From NCBI GenBank assembly GCA_964016885.1, contig CAXHJY010000523.1, forward strand, positions 191,424-255,423: 64,000 nucleotides of DNA. Reading direction: 5' to 3'. The notes below the pieces were generated by a model. The model made no database searches. It was not told the origin of the DNA and worked only from the letters and a program-made list of their open reading frames with translations. Positions 31,222-44,210 of this stretch are shown here, in pieces; within the stretch, counting starts at the first letter, position 1, and each line of letters begins with the position of its first letter. Source of the stretch: Eledone cirrhosa (lineage: Eukaryota). The position numbers and the translations under genes are program-made.

Positions 31222-31410
31222 TGGATTGGCAGTATCGGTAGAGGGTCAGATGCCATGCTTTGCAGCAAAGAGTTACGGCTCTTTATGGTCTGAGTTCAAA
31301 TCCCGCCAAGGTTAACTTTGCCTTTCATCCTTACGGGGTTGATAAAATAAAGTACCAGTAATACACTGGGATAATTGCTGGCCTTGTGCCTAAAGTAGAA
31401 ACAATTATTA
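31222..31410 (+). mobile_element. SINE family A
   Basis: Match to the family consensus. Confidence 0.9.
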
Positions 31411-31561
31411 TTTCTAATGGTTTCTACTTATGTTGCTCATGTGGGGACATTTTCAAAATACACTACCTGTCATTATTTACTAATATTCAAGAATTTGAAG
31501 GGATTTATTAATGGAATTAACTTTTTCATTATTAAGCTAGTGTTTAGAACATAAACTAACA

Positions 31562-32345
31562 ATGGTCACACAATGCAGATCCTGGGTACACAAGAGATGT
31601 AGCAAGATAACAGGCAAACTAACAGGTAGGCAGAAATACGTTTGCAGTAGATGTACAGGGAAATTAGACAGTAGAAGTCGCATTGATAGACACATTTTTC
31701 AAATGCAGGCGGGTGCTATAGAAGTGGTGGATAGCTTCCGGTACCTAGGAGATCAGATTAGCATGGGAGGGGGGTGTTCCGAGGCCATAGTATCCAGAAT
31801 AAGGACGGGTTGGAAGAAGTTTAGGAAGCTGCTTCCTCTGCTGACGAAGAAGGGTTTCTCCCTGTGTACGAAAGGCCGGTTATATGATGCCTGTGTGAGG
31901 AACGCGATGCTGCATGGTAGTGAGACATGGGCAGCAACTGCAGAGGATATGCGACAGCTGGAGAGAAATGAGGCAAGCATGCTTCGTTGGATGTGCAATG
32001 TCAATGTATGTGAACAACCCAACATAAATGTGTTGAGAGAGAAACTGTGTCTGAGAGGGATAGAATGTAGTGTGCGAGAGAGGAGACTGCGATGGTATGG
32101 ACATGTGATGCGCATGGCGGATGACTGATGGGTGAAGAAGTGCCAGGAAATGCCAGTTGAAGGAAGACGTGGGAGAGGTTGACCACAAAAAACATGGGCG
32201 GAGGTAGTGAGAACAGACCTCAGATCGCTGAAGCTCACGGTGGAGATGACGAAGGACCGTGACGAGTGGAGAGATGCTGAATAAGACCCGTCCCACCCTT
32301 GCAAGCAGGGAAAAGCGGACATAAAATGATGATGATGACGATGAT
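31562..32345 (+). mobile_element. 5'-truncated RTE/BovB-type LINE (ORF2 C-terminal region, premature stops, (GAT)n tail)
   Basis: IEVVDSFRYLG, RIRTGWKKF, KGRLY..CVR.AMLHGSETW, RRLRWYGHVMRM and G-R-R-G-R-G-*-P-Q-K-T-W motifs; stops near 32128 and 32180. Confidence 0.92.
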
Positions 32346-32737
32346 AATCATTTTAAAATAAAGTATTTTGTATCATAGAACCAGGGGCAGTTTGATATCA
32401 AATGAGTTAATATTATATCTCTAAGATTTATAGGTAATTATGGAAATCTGTTTTTTTATAGGGTAAAAGGGTAATCCCCCCACCCTCTTCAGTCACAATT
32501 CCCCATGGGTGTTTTATATACCTTCGCAACTTATTTCTGCAGCTAAGTGAACTAGAACAACATGAAATGAAATGTCTTGCTGTAAAACACTGCATTGCCT
32601 GGTCTGGAAATTGAACTCACAATAGTGAACTCAATGCTTTACAGTACTTATAATTAGGTGGTGAATATAATTAGTCACTGAAGCATAGAGAAAAATGGTT
32701 TATAGCATTTATTCTGCCTTCTTTTCTCTGTGTTTAA

Positions 32738-32958
32738 CCCTTTAGCATTTACATTACTCTATATTCACTATTATATTTCCATGGTAAAGGCTTTACCTCA
32801 CATAATTATCTCACATAATGTCGAATCTTTGAGATTTTAATATTATTTATTTTGAGAACAATTCCTTAACATCACTATGAGCAGCCAGTTACAGTTGGTT
32901 TGAACAGAAAGAGGTGAGAGAACTCTGGTCGGATACAGCCGGTTTAAATGCTAAAGGG
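32738..32958. mobile_element. TTAA-flanked piggyBac-type MITE, family 1, nested in a decayed SINE
   Basis: TIR CCCTTTAGCATTTA / TAAATGCTAAAGGG with TTAA on both sides; the SINE A body resumes at 32962. Confidence 0.85.
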
Positions 32959-34374
32959 TTAAACTCTGCTGAGCTCAACTTTGCCTTTCATTCTTTCAGT
33001 ATCAATAAAACAAAGTACAAATTCAAGGCAGTGGATTGCCAGAATTGTTAGAGCATTGAACAAGATATCTTGCAGGATTTGTTCTGAACTTTTTTTTCCT
33101 TTTTTTTTTTTTTGTGTGTTTTGCATTGAAATCCCACTGTGGGTACCTTTAGGAGAGTGCCATTTGTTGCAAATACTCACACCAGGTCTCTAGTTTAACT
33201 TTTTACATCTTGAAATGTTTTACCAGAAAACATCTTTAAAAAATAGATTTGTTAATTCAAATATTTATAGTATTTTTACTGGTGGACAGAAATTTGCTGT
33301 GGAAATTTGCAATATTAGACTAAACACTAATTTTAGTGTGATGTAATCATAGTACTATTTTATATTTTTTTAATATCTTGCAATGCAGTTTCACGTGTTA
33401 CTGAAGGTTAAGAGTTAAAGATATCTCCTCTTCTCTCACCAATATCAGAGAGACCCCCCACCCACACACACACACAAAAGTGGTTATGGGCACAGCTGTA
33501 TCTGCCCTATAAAACAAATCATTGATGTCGAGATTAACATATTAAATAGTAATGTAATTCAAGTTTGTTTGTTTTTTGTCATTTGTTACTGTAGTATAAT
33601 GAATCAACTGAAAAATCTGACAATAATGGACAGACATTACAAAAGCCAACATTTTTAAAAACCAAGATGGGCTTTAACATTTCATAAACCTATATTTCAC
33701 TACCACCAACACAACTAAGCCCCAACACACAATTCATAGGTACCTACACATACATATATGTATAATGGTCCTTCATACATGGAGGTAGATTGATAGAAGG
33801 AAGAAAACCACAAGTAAAAGCAAAGATAAAAAATTTGGTAAAGGAACTATCTAAGGGAAATGGAGGGCCCAACGCTCAAAGGGATAAATAAACTAATGTA
33901 CCTATACGTCAATTTCGGTAGTTACACATTGATGAGGAATGTGGGTTCAAAAGGTATAGGCTAAATTATAGAAATAATGTGCATGTTCTCTCATGCATGT
34001 GCATTATAGCTGAAAATACAGATACACACACACAATTGTAGTAAAGCATTAACCCTTTTGATACCAAACCGTCCTTGGCTCAAAATTGTAAACCTGGTAT
34101 TTTTTCAAGTGTTTATATCTATCTAAAAACCTATTATAATTTTATATATATCACCCACACACACAGTTATAAGATTAAGTTATTCACTCTCCATCTAAAA
34201 GATGAAAGCCTTACTTATGATTCTAATTAATTTAGGATGCAGTGGTGATGGTGGGGTAGCAGATAAGTAGGTAGGGAGACTATCAAGTGTAGAAATAAGG
34301 AAGTGTGTGTAGAGAGAGGGAGGAAGGTATAGTTGGTGGTGGGTTTGGGATGGACAAGAGGGTTCAAATATTAT

Positions 34375-35174
34375 TAATACAGTTTGAATAAAAGACAGGG
34401 TGGTCATTATTGGATTGCCTGTTATATGTCTGCTTGATCGTTACTGACCTAAAGTTAAATAATTACAACATTTGAGTGGTTCTACTTTGTCCTAGCATCC
34501 TTTCAACTAACTCAGTCCAGTTAGTCAAACATAGCCAGCCAGCCAGCCAACTAACCAACCATCCCACTATCCAACTACCCCACCAACCAGACCAACCAAT
34601 CAACCAACCATCCAACCAGTCAACTAACCAACCAACCAACCAGCCAACACACCAGGCAACCAGCCAGCCATCTACCCAACCTTCCTTAACTTCAATCCAC
34701 TAACAACTAGTCCCCCACCAAATAATTGTTTCTACTTTAGGCACAAGGCCAGCAATTACCCAGTGCATAAAGTACCAGTAATGCACTGGGTAATTGCTGG
34801 CCTTGTGCCTAAAGTAGAAACAATTATTTGGTGGGGGACTAGTTGTTAGTGGATTGAAGTTAAGGAAGGTTGGGTAGATGGCTGGCTGGTTGCCTGGTGT
34901 GTTGGCTGGTTGGTTGGTTGGTTAGTTGACTGGTTGGATGGTTGGTTGATTGGTTGGTCTGGTTGGTGGGGTAGTTGGATAGTGGGATGGTTGGTTAGTT
35001 GGCTGGCTGGCTGGCTATGTTTGACTAACTGGACTGAGTTAGTTGAAAGGATGCTAGGACAAAGTAGAACCACTCAAATGTTGTAATTATTTAACCTTAG
35101 GTCAGTAACGATCAAGCAGACATATAACAGGCAATCCAATAATGACCACCCTGTCTTTTATTCAAACTGTATTA
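34375..35174. repeat. 800-bp near-perfect palindrome (394-bp arms, 12-nt spacer)
   Basis: Identical 75-aa ORFs on opposite strands (34476 +, 34846 -); one mismatch seen between the arms. Confidence 0.97.
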
Positions 35175-35921
35175 GACTACATTATCCAATAAGACAACAA
35201 GGTAAAATTTGAGAAAGATTTGGTTGTTATTTCTAGCATGTGAAGTGACTTTCTCATCTAGTGTGTTGTTATTTAGTCCAAAATAAACACTGATCGAGCA
35301 AACCTATGATCAAAGGCATTCTAGCCATGATCAATACGTCATTTTAGTGATATGTAGGACTACATTATCCAATGCCTTTTCCTTTCACAAGATGATTGAG
35401 TGTGATTTGACTGTTGTGTCTAGCATGTCAAATAACCACATAGCATCTCCCTTAGTGAGAAACATGTGCATTTTGTTGTGTACTTTGTACTGGATGGATA
35501 TTAACCCATTTGTTACCATATTTCTAATGTCTATAATTTGTTACTATATTTCTAATGCCTATAATTTTCAAATCCTGTAAAAAATAATCAAGAATTTGTA
35601 AAATAACTTTCTCATTATTAAGTTAATAGTTAGAACATAAAGATCAACAAAATCCCAGACCTCAGTTTTAGGTGCTTTGGTATCAAAAGAGTTAACAGTG
35701 TGTAGGGTATTTGTGTTCATGCATAAATGGGATTGTTATTTTTCAGCCCCGGGTCAACCATGATAGCACATATCGACATATAATCAAGGGACATTTTAGC
35801 CATAATCAACCTCTTTCTCTTTTAGAACGGAGCTTCTATTACAGTTTGGTTATTGGAGGAGGGCTTAAGTATATATATATACTGTACACGTGTATTGTTA
35901 TTATTAGCTCACACTTAGGAC

Positions 35922-36110
35922 AGTGGATTGGCAGTATCGATAGAGGGTTGGACGCCATGCTTTGCAGCACAGAGTTATGGCCCTTTACGGTCTGAGTTCA
36001 AATCCCGCTAAGGTTAACTTTGCCTTTCATCCTTACGGGGGTCGATAAAATAAAGTACCAGTAATGCACTGGGATAATTGCTGGCCTTGTGCCAAAATTA
36101 GAAAATTATT
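35922..36110 (+). mobile_element. SINE family A
   Basis: Match to the family consensus. Confidence 0.9.
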
Positions 36111-36461
36111 AGCTCACTCTTTTTTTTATCACCCATATGAAACTAAGAAAGAAATAAAAAAACATGATCATACTAACATATTTATAGTCAATAGACAATC
36201 AGTGTAGTAAAAACCACAGCACAAGTATATCGAAACAAATTATTGGGGGAGGGGCTCAAGTCCCAAAAACCTCTTAGTGTCGGAAGGCTGGTAGAATATT
36301 GTACTCTAGACTCTGGATAATATTATCCAATGTGTCCTTTAATGAGATGGTAGCATATGGCTATTATGTGTCTTTTAATAAGATAATAGTATATTGGCTA
36401 TTATTTCTAGCAGGTAGATTGAACACATAGGAGTACCCAATTGGCTTATGTAGATGGAGTA

Positions 36462-36737
36462 GATGTAATATGCAAGAGGGAAGACTAAACTTGTATGGGC
36501 ATGTAATACATATGGATGGGGATCGGAGAGTGAAGAAGTGCCAGTTGATGCCAGTGGAAGATGGTTGCAATAGAGCAAAACAGATAAAAACCTGGGCAGA
36601 GGTGGTGAGAGCTGATCACAATCTGGTGAACCTCACAGAGAAGATGATACAGAAATGCTACAAGTAGAGGGAGACTGTGTTGGAAAGGACCCATTTAACA
36701 TATGCCTGCATGGATAAGTGGACATAAGATGATGATG
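36462..36737 (+). mobile_element. Decayed RTE LINE 3' end
   Basis: RLNLYGHVIHM..VKKCQLMPVE...KTWAEVVRAD is homologous to 32070-32340; (GAT)n tail. Confidence 0.8.
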
Positions 36738-37113
36738 AGTATGTGTGTGTGTGTGTATACAGATGTGTGTGTGTGTGTGTGTGTGTATGGTTGTGTGTCA
36801 CGGTATAAGAGGTATAAAAAGGAAAATAGTCTTTGACTGGCCAATAACCATCAGAAATGTCTGCATGTTTGTATGTCTATATGAATATACATGTGTCATA
36901 TGGACACATGTATATATCTCTATCTCAGTGTGTGTGTATATATATATATATATATACATGCACACACGCATACACATATGTGCACACATTTGTACATAAA
37001 CAAACGCACACACTTTTCCATTCTTCTGGTGCCTGTTTTTGCTTTTAGCATCACTTCCTCCTCCATATAACCGCCACTTCCTCTGTTTTATATACAAACC
37101 AGTTTATACACAC

Positions 37114-37184
<71 letters not shown>

Positions 37185-37685
37185 TATATATATATGTATA
37201 TATATTTTTACACACGTATGCACTTACACAGAGAAAAGTATATATATATATACAATTTTTATTACTACTATCCTGCCTCCTTTAACCATATTTTCTCCTA
37301 ATTTACTTAGTTTCTGTTTTACATTCATAGCCGCCTGTCTGTCTGTCTGTTTATTTATATGTCTGACAATCTTGTCATATAACATACATACACATATATA
37401 CATATATATGTGTGTGTGTGTTCACATAGAATATGTATGTTCCTGATACATACACAATATACTACAGATATAAACTCATAATACATAAGTTCACCATATG
37501 CACAATACATACATACATACATAATTTATATACACTCCTTATATATAAGTCCACCAGACAATATACACATCTGAATCACTTCACAATGCACACTATATGA
37601 GTTTGTTTCTACTTGACCAGAACTGACTTGAAGCTAAACAACAACACAAAACATATACTTGTGTCTTTATTATTTTGAGATAATT

Positions 37686-37876
37686 GGTGTGAATTGGCAG
37701 TATCGGTAGAGGGTTGGACGCCATGCTTTCTAGCATAGAGTTGTGGCCCTCTACGTTCTAAGTTCAAATCCCGCTGAGGTTAACTTTGCCCTTCATCCTT
37801 ACGGAGGTCGATAAAATAAAATACCAGTAATGCACTGAGTAATTGCTGGCCTTGTGCCAAAAGTAGAAACAATTAT
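37686..37876 (+). mobile_element. SINE family A
   Basis: Match to the family consensus. Confidence 0.9.
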
Positions 37877-37951
37877 TTTGAGACAATTAAGTGGCTGAAA
37901 TGGTAAAGTTTCTGGAATAAAACCAAATATCTTCTACTTTAGCCTCCCTCC

Positions 37952-38182
37952 AAATATCAATCAGTCTCTGATAGGTTTGTGGTTGAGCCCGCAGCAATGG
38001 AGACTTCTGGTGTCCTTGGCCCTAGGTCCACCTCTCTTCTCACCGTCATCGGCACAGAGTTGGTTACCCACAGGTGTGAGCTTCACGAGCTGGAATGGTT
38101 CTTTCAGTGCATCTCCCTCACCACCCTCCAGGGAAACGCCTTCTCTATTCTATCTGCCAAGGCTGTGGGGTGGCCAGTGTGA
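37952..38182 (+). mobile_element. CRE-clade-like non-LTR retrotransposon C-terminal (restriction-like endonuclease) fragment
   Basis: KY.....F..EPAAMETSGVLG...IG...WFFQCISLTTLQGNAFSIL fits the KY / P.A.ET.G..G / QRIS...QRGNA motif series recalled for CRE-type elements. Confidence 0.65.
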
Positions 38183-38207
38183 GGGCCCCTATTTGCTCAT
38201 AATAGTG

Positions 38208-38392
38208 TTTCTACTTTTGGCACAAGGCCAGCAATTACCCCAGTGCACTACTGGTACTTTATTTTATCAACCTCGTAAAGATGAAAGGCAAAGTAAACCT
38301 CAGCGGATTTGAACTCAGAACGCAAAGGGCCATAACTCTATGTTGCAAAGCATGGTGTCTGATGCTCTACCGATACTGCCAAACCACTGCCC
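38208..38392 (-). mobile_element. SINE family A with 17-bp TSD
   Basis: ATTTGCTCATAATAGTG at 38191-38207 and 38393-38409. Confidence 0.92.
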
Positions 38393-39380
38393 ATTTGCTC
38401 ATAATAGTGAGAGATAGGGAGAGCAGGAGAGACGGAGGCAGTGACAGTGAGAGTTTGGTTCTTTTGTGTTTGGACCTGGTGTGTATGTATATGTTTCACT
38501 GATAGAATTAGCAGCTATATCTCCTTTGGAGCACACCCAATAATCTTCACATTTGTAATTATTTTTTGGTATATTTTTGTTGTTGTTTAAACAGTAGAAT
38601 TTGATAAACATAAACTGCAGAAGCATGTTGTATTTATATATATCATCATCATTTGATGTTTGTTTTCCTTGCTAGCAAGAGTTGCATGGATACACTTTAC
38701 TGTGGAACCAGCACAAGGGACGATGTCAGGTCTTTGACACACATGGAGAGTACTCTTGACTATTTGTTAGGCAATTTTCTATTGATAGATACCTTTTCAA
38801 TTAACAACCACTTTACAGAGTGTACTAGGTGCATTTTATATCAACACCAACACTATGGAGGTTGTCCTTGACACAACTGAAGAGCCCTCTCATACCTGTT
38901 TGGCATGATGCCCTTCCTATCACATATGTGTGTATATGTTTGTGCTTATATTTGTGTTTGTGTCGATGTTTATATTCCACAACTTAGTAGTTTGTTAAAC
39001 AAAGATTGATGAAATAAGTATCAGATTTGACTGTGGTCATTGTGATGGATTAAATTTCTTCCAGGCAGTGCCCCAGCATGGCTGCAGTAAATAATAAAAG
39101 ACAACACACACACACACACATACGTCCTGACACCCTGCTGCCTCCTCCACTTTTTTTCTGGTCTCATTTTGTTTACTCTATCTTGTTTTGACAAGTTGGA
39201 GTGAACAAAATAAGACCAGAAAGAAGTGGAGACAGAGAAAAACAAATAGTCATTGAGGAGGTCTTAGAATGTGTGATGAAAGAAGTTTGCCAAACTAACT
39301 AATAAAGCTGACGTGAAAATCAAATAGTGCATGTGTTTTCATTGGCAATATTTGCAATATGACCGTCACAAAATATAACA

Positions 39381-39461
<81 letters not shown>

Positions 39462-40935
39462 TGAAAGAGAGAACAACTTTTATTTCAGAGATCTTATATT
39501 AAAAACTATGCTTGATCTATTCTATTAAAGATTTTTTTCAGATAACTAATACATTAAAATAAGTACTAGGGTTTATATGAGAACCTTTGAAAATAGTCTC
39601 ATACACAGTCCAGTGATTGGAACCAATAAAGAATATAGTCATATTTTATAGTCATTCATCCTACCAAATATACTTTGCTAACAGTCACAAAGTGTAAGGG
39701 AGAGTTTTGTCAACTGAATTGACCCAGTTAATGACTGGTGCTTATTTTAGTGATCCCTTTCCCAAAAAGGGTGAAAAGAAAAATCAACCTGTGCAACATT
39801 TAAACTTAGAATATATAATAGAATCCTACATAGCATTAAAATAAGTAGATAGGTATACAGATAATATTCAAGTTTGCTGAACCTTCCTACTCATTTTATC
39901 ATTGAAAAGTTACATGTAAACCTGTTAAAAGAGATCCTTTGACTAGAGTGTTTAGTTCCAGTTCACTGATACAGTTAATATAAATAATAATAACAACAAT
40001 GATAAAGTACAAGCATAGAAAGGAAAGGAAGAAAATGATAAGAGAATACATGGGTAGTGTGTGAATGTGTATGTATGTATGTGTGTGTAGGGCAAGAATT
40101 TCCATACCAAGCAATCTGACAAATGGAGATAAATTAAGAGGAATTATGATGAAAGTAAAAAGGATTCAGAGTAAAAAAAGGGAGTTAGAATTACACAAAG
40201 ATTTGATGGGAATCATGTGGAAAACAGGGAGGGGGGATAGGGGAGGGGATAGAGAGGGGGGGGGGGGGGGGCAATGAACAAAAATTAGGAATGAGAAAAA
40301 AGGAAGAAACAAGAAGGGTGAAGTAGAGTCAATGTGTTTGTAAGATAAGAGAGAGAAAGAAAGAAAGAAGTTTTCAAGACAAATGCTTGGAGGAAAGAAA
40401 AATGAATACAAGCTAAAGAGAAGTAGAGAGTGAGAGAGAATGATCTAGAGAGAGCGGGAGAGAGAGAGAAGGGGGAGAGAGAGACAGAATGAAAGAGAGA
40501 GAGGGGTGAGAGAGACAGAATGAAAGAGAGAGAGAAAGAGATAGATAGACAGACTGAATGAGAGAGAGATAGACAGATAATGAATGAGAGAGAGAGACAG
40601 ACAAACAGAATGAATGAGAGAGAGAAAGATAGACAGAATGAAAGAGAGAGAGAAAGAATGAGCACTAGAGAGGGAGTGGGGGTTCAAATAACAAAGTGTG
40701 ATGAGAGAAGAGCTTTCAAGAGAAAGATCTGATTAAGAATAGTCTTTGATGAAAACGCCAAAAGTGCAGAAAGTTAAGAGTCTGCCAAATGTCTAGAAGA
40801 TTCCATTATCTGTAAGGAATTGGCTGTTGGTCTGATTGTTATCTTTTACAGAACCAGTTGTAGCATTTGAAGCCAGAATGACATGCAAATGTCATACACA
40901 CACATACACATAGACTGTAAATAATGATATCTATC

Positions 40936-40967
<32 letters not shown>

Positions 40968-41484
40968 CATATACACACACACACACACATATGTATATAT
41001 AGGCCTTATAAAACCTAGTAAATATATTTATTCTGTCTGTTCTTTTAGCCAAATTATATTGTTCTCTACAAAATATTAGATATGTGGTTTCCTATATTAT
41101 CGGCTGTGTGCAAGCGCTCTGAGGTCATGGATTTTTAGCTTCAATTCTCTCATTGAGTGATCTAGAGCCTTATGATCCTTACATATCGATGATGTGCTCC
41201 ATCATCAGCTTTTAAAAAAAATAATATATCATACACAAAACGCCAGCATCAACAGTTTTCCAAGAGATGGTAACATGAATCGACCTGTTATTTTTCTCTA
41301 AAAAATGTTTTCTGTTTCCACCATCTTTTTATTTCTTCTTTAATTTCTCATTCTTTCTTCTGATGAAAGACTACTTTCTACTATATCAAGCATAAAGCTA
41401 ATAATATATTTTTTTTATTGTACTGTGTTATTTGCTTTGTTATACTTATATATATATGTGAGTGTGTGTGTGTATATATATATA

Positions 41485-41791
41485 TATAGAATGGAAAACG
41501 AAAAATCAGTGATGCATCGGAACTCAATTTATTGTGGGTTACAATTGTTTCCCCGGCGAACAGCTTGAGGTGCGATCTGTGTGTGGATCAACCTGACTCT
41601 AGACGCGCAGGTTCCTCGGACACATCTATTGATTTCGGAGCATATCCTCTTCCATGGAAGAGGATATGCATGTCTAGAGTCAGATCGATCCACACACAGA
41701 TCGCACCTCAAGCTGTTCGCCGGAGAAACAATTGTAACACACAATAAATTGAGTTCTGATGCATCATTGATTTTTCGTTTTCCCTTCTATA
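41485..41791. mobile_element. Fold-back element with ~120-bp arms, a 30-bp central palindrome and a hammerhead-like motif (Penelope pLTR-like)
   Basis: Arms 41485-41604 and 41672-41791; perfect palindrome GCATATCCTCTTCCATGGAAGAGGATATGC at 41640-41669; left end abuts (TA)n. Confidence 0.75.
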
Positions 41792-42102
41792 ATACTCTGC
41801 TCCGTAGGAGTATGGAGTGCTCAACCGGCATGTTGCCTATGGAAGCATCTTAGCTACCATTAGACATATATATATATATGTATATATATATATGTATAAT
41901 ATATAGTTATATAGTTGTGGATACAAACAAAAGAAAAGAGCAATCAACATATCATGTAGAATTTGAGTAATTATGTTAACAATTTTACTTATCTCTGCTT
42001 AACCATAAGTTTCCATAGGTTTCAGGATGCAAGCATGTTTTAATCTTGAAACCACTGTTAGTATGGAGTTGTTAAACTATATATATATATATATAGTATA
42101 AT

Positions 42103-42307
42103 CAAAGTTTCATACACTTAATATGTATGTGCTACCAATGGTTTTGGGGTCCAGTCATGGCTAGCACTGTATAATGGGGGAGGCACTTTTAAACTGACCC
42201 TTTATTCAGGCACATGGAAAGAAATATTTCTCCATTATACAGTGGTGGCCATGACTGGATCCCAAAAACCATACATAGCACATGCATGTTAAGTGTATGA
42301 AACTTTG
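42103..42307. repeat. Inverted repeat with ~75-bp arms (MITE/fold-back)
   Basis: CAAAGTTTCATACACTTAA...CACTGTATAATGG pairs with CCATTATACAGTG...TTAAGTGTATGAAACTTTG. Confidence 0.85.
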
Positions 42308-42415
42308 TTTACATTAAAATAAGCTCTCTTCCAACAGATCGGGCACTGTTTTCATTGATCTTTCATCTATGAATTTCTACCAATGTATATATATAAAATA
42401 TATATATATATATAT

Positions 42416-42524
42416 AATTGTCTCTACTTTAGGCACAAGGCCAGCAATTACCAGTGCATTACTGGTACTTTATTTTATCGACCCCGTAAGGATGAAAGGC
42501 AAAGTCAACCTCGGCGGGATTTGA
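42416..42524 (-). mobile_element. SINE family A, 5'-truncated
   Basis: Matches the 3' half of the consensus. Confidence 0.88.
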
Positions 42525-43071
42525 TATATAATTTGATATATAATATACATACACCATTAATCTGTTTCTTTCATATCTGGTGAAACTCGCTATTACCAGC
42601 TAAACATGCATATATGTAGGAGAAAGTCATGTAGATATGTACATATAATCATATAAACACACACTCATACATATTTATACTTTCATATAAATATAGATAC
42701 AAATATCATGTGTGAAGCTCAAATTTTCGAACTTAAGAAAGCACAGAGAAAATAAATTTATAAGATGCAGAAAATAGTTGCAATTACAGTCAGTTGCTAT
42801 ATAATAGCTAATAAAAGAGCAAAGACCCTTAGATGGAAAAAATGTCAGCAGCCTCTACAAAGAATTGAACTCAATATCTGGGAGACACAGACTTTGATTC
42901 TTCATAGCAGCCACTAGCAATATTTTTTCCATCCAAAAAGGGTCTTTACCTTATTTTTGTAACCTATTTTACTGACTGTAATTGCTGTTATTTTCTGTGA
43001 TTGAGCTTCCAACAACTTATATACTTCGCCCTTTCTCTGGAAATCTTTTACATGTAAGGTATATATTATTT

Positions 43072-43154
43072 GTATTTAATCGATTCTGAGGAAATTATTC
43101 TAAGATGGGATATTCTTGTTAGTCTAATGAAATGGTTGTAAATAAATTAAATGC
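43072..43154 (+). ncRNA. Type I hammerhead ribozyme motif
   Basis: GTATTTAAT-CG-ATT CTGAGGA A ATTA...TAAT GAAA T GGTT G TA AAT-AA-ATTAAATGC: intact core and extended stem I. Confidence 0.6.
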
Positions 43155-44210
43155 TTTAATTAAAATCCTTGTTAATATTTATTCTTTATATATAAATATA
43201 TGTGTGTGTGTGTATATATATATATATGGTGGCTGCCAACTCATTTTCGAGTACGGCTACTACTTTATATCCATGTAGGAGAACCCCTACTGATGCGCTG
43301 AACGAGTGTGACTTTTTAGTTCAGCCAGCGACTAGAAAACTCTGGTACAAACACTACACTTGTGACAATTACTGACACATAGTGCTGGGCCCATGGTACC
43401 ATGTGATGACAAGTGCAGAGAGATCTCCAGATATAAAGCAATACCTGTGCCGTGAAGCTTTTATAGTGAGCAAAGGCACTGCACAAAGCCAGTCCCACTC
43501 TCTTAACCAAGATGATATTTACCAAAAAGAAGAACAAGTCAACATCATTGGATACTATCAGGGTTGCAGGTGTTATATCAGAGTTTTCCTTCTATAATTC
43601 TGCCTTGACAAAGGCTAAGGGGTCATCTCTCCCGGTGATTTTGGATGGCCATTGACTCTTAAGAGCTCCTTTGTCTTTGACAGGTTTTGTTTTTAGTCCT
43701 GCAGGATGTCCAAAGTCACCCTCCTCACCAAGAAACCTTGGTGGGATTGCCAGTTTAGTCGCCAATGACCCGACTATGAGACAGGTTGTACTGGGATACA
43801 TGTTACCAGTAGCACCAACTGGTGACCTGACATACTATATATATATATTTACATGCATACATACATATATATATATGTGTGTGCATACAATCACTTGTAT
43901 GTTCATTTTTGAACCTAAACAAAATGGCGGTTCTAACGGTTTATAACTTGAACCTTTTTAATATCAAGATTCCACCTTAACTGTAGGTCTATTACTTTGG
44001 TGATGTGTTTTGATTTTTGAGTTAATATGTTATAAATCTTTCTTTCGGCTCTGTTGAGAATACTAAATCACACATTTTTTTCTCCTGTACTGATATCGAT
44101 TTTTAATCAGTATTCATATCATCTATGTGCATATCAAGGATTTAGTGTTTGAAACAAATTGAATTAAAAATATATGTATTCATAAATCACTGTTATTCTC
44201 TCCAGCATTC

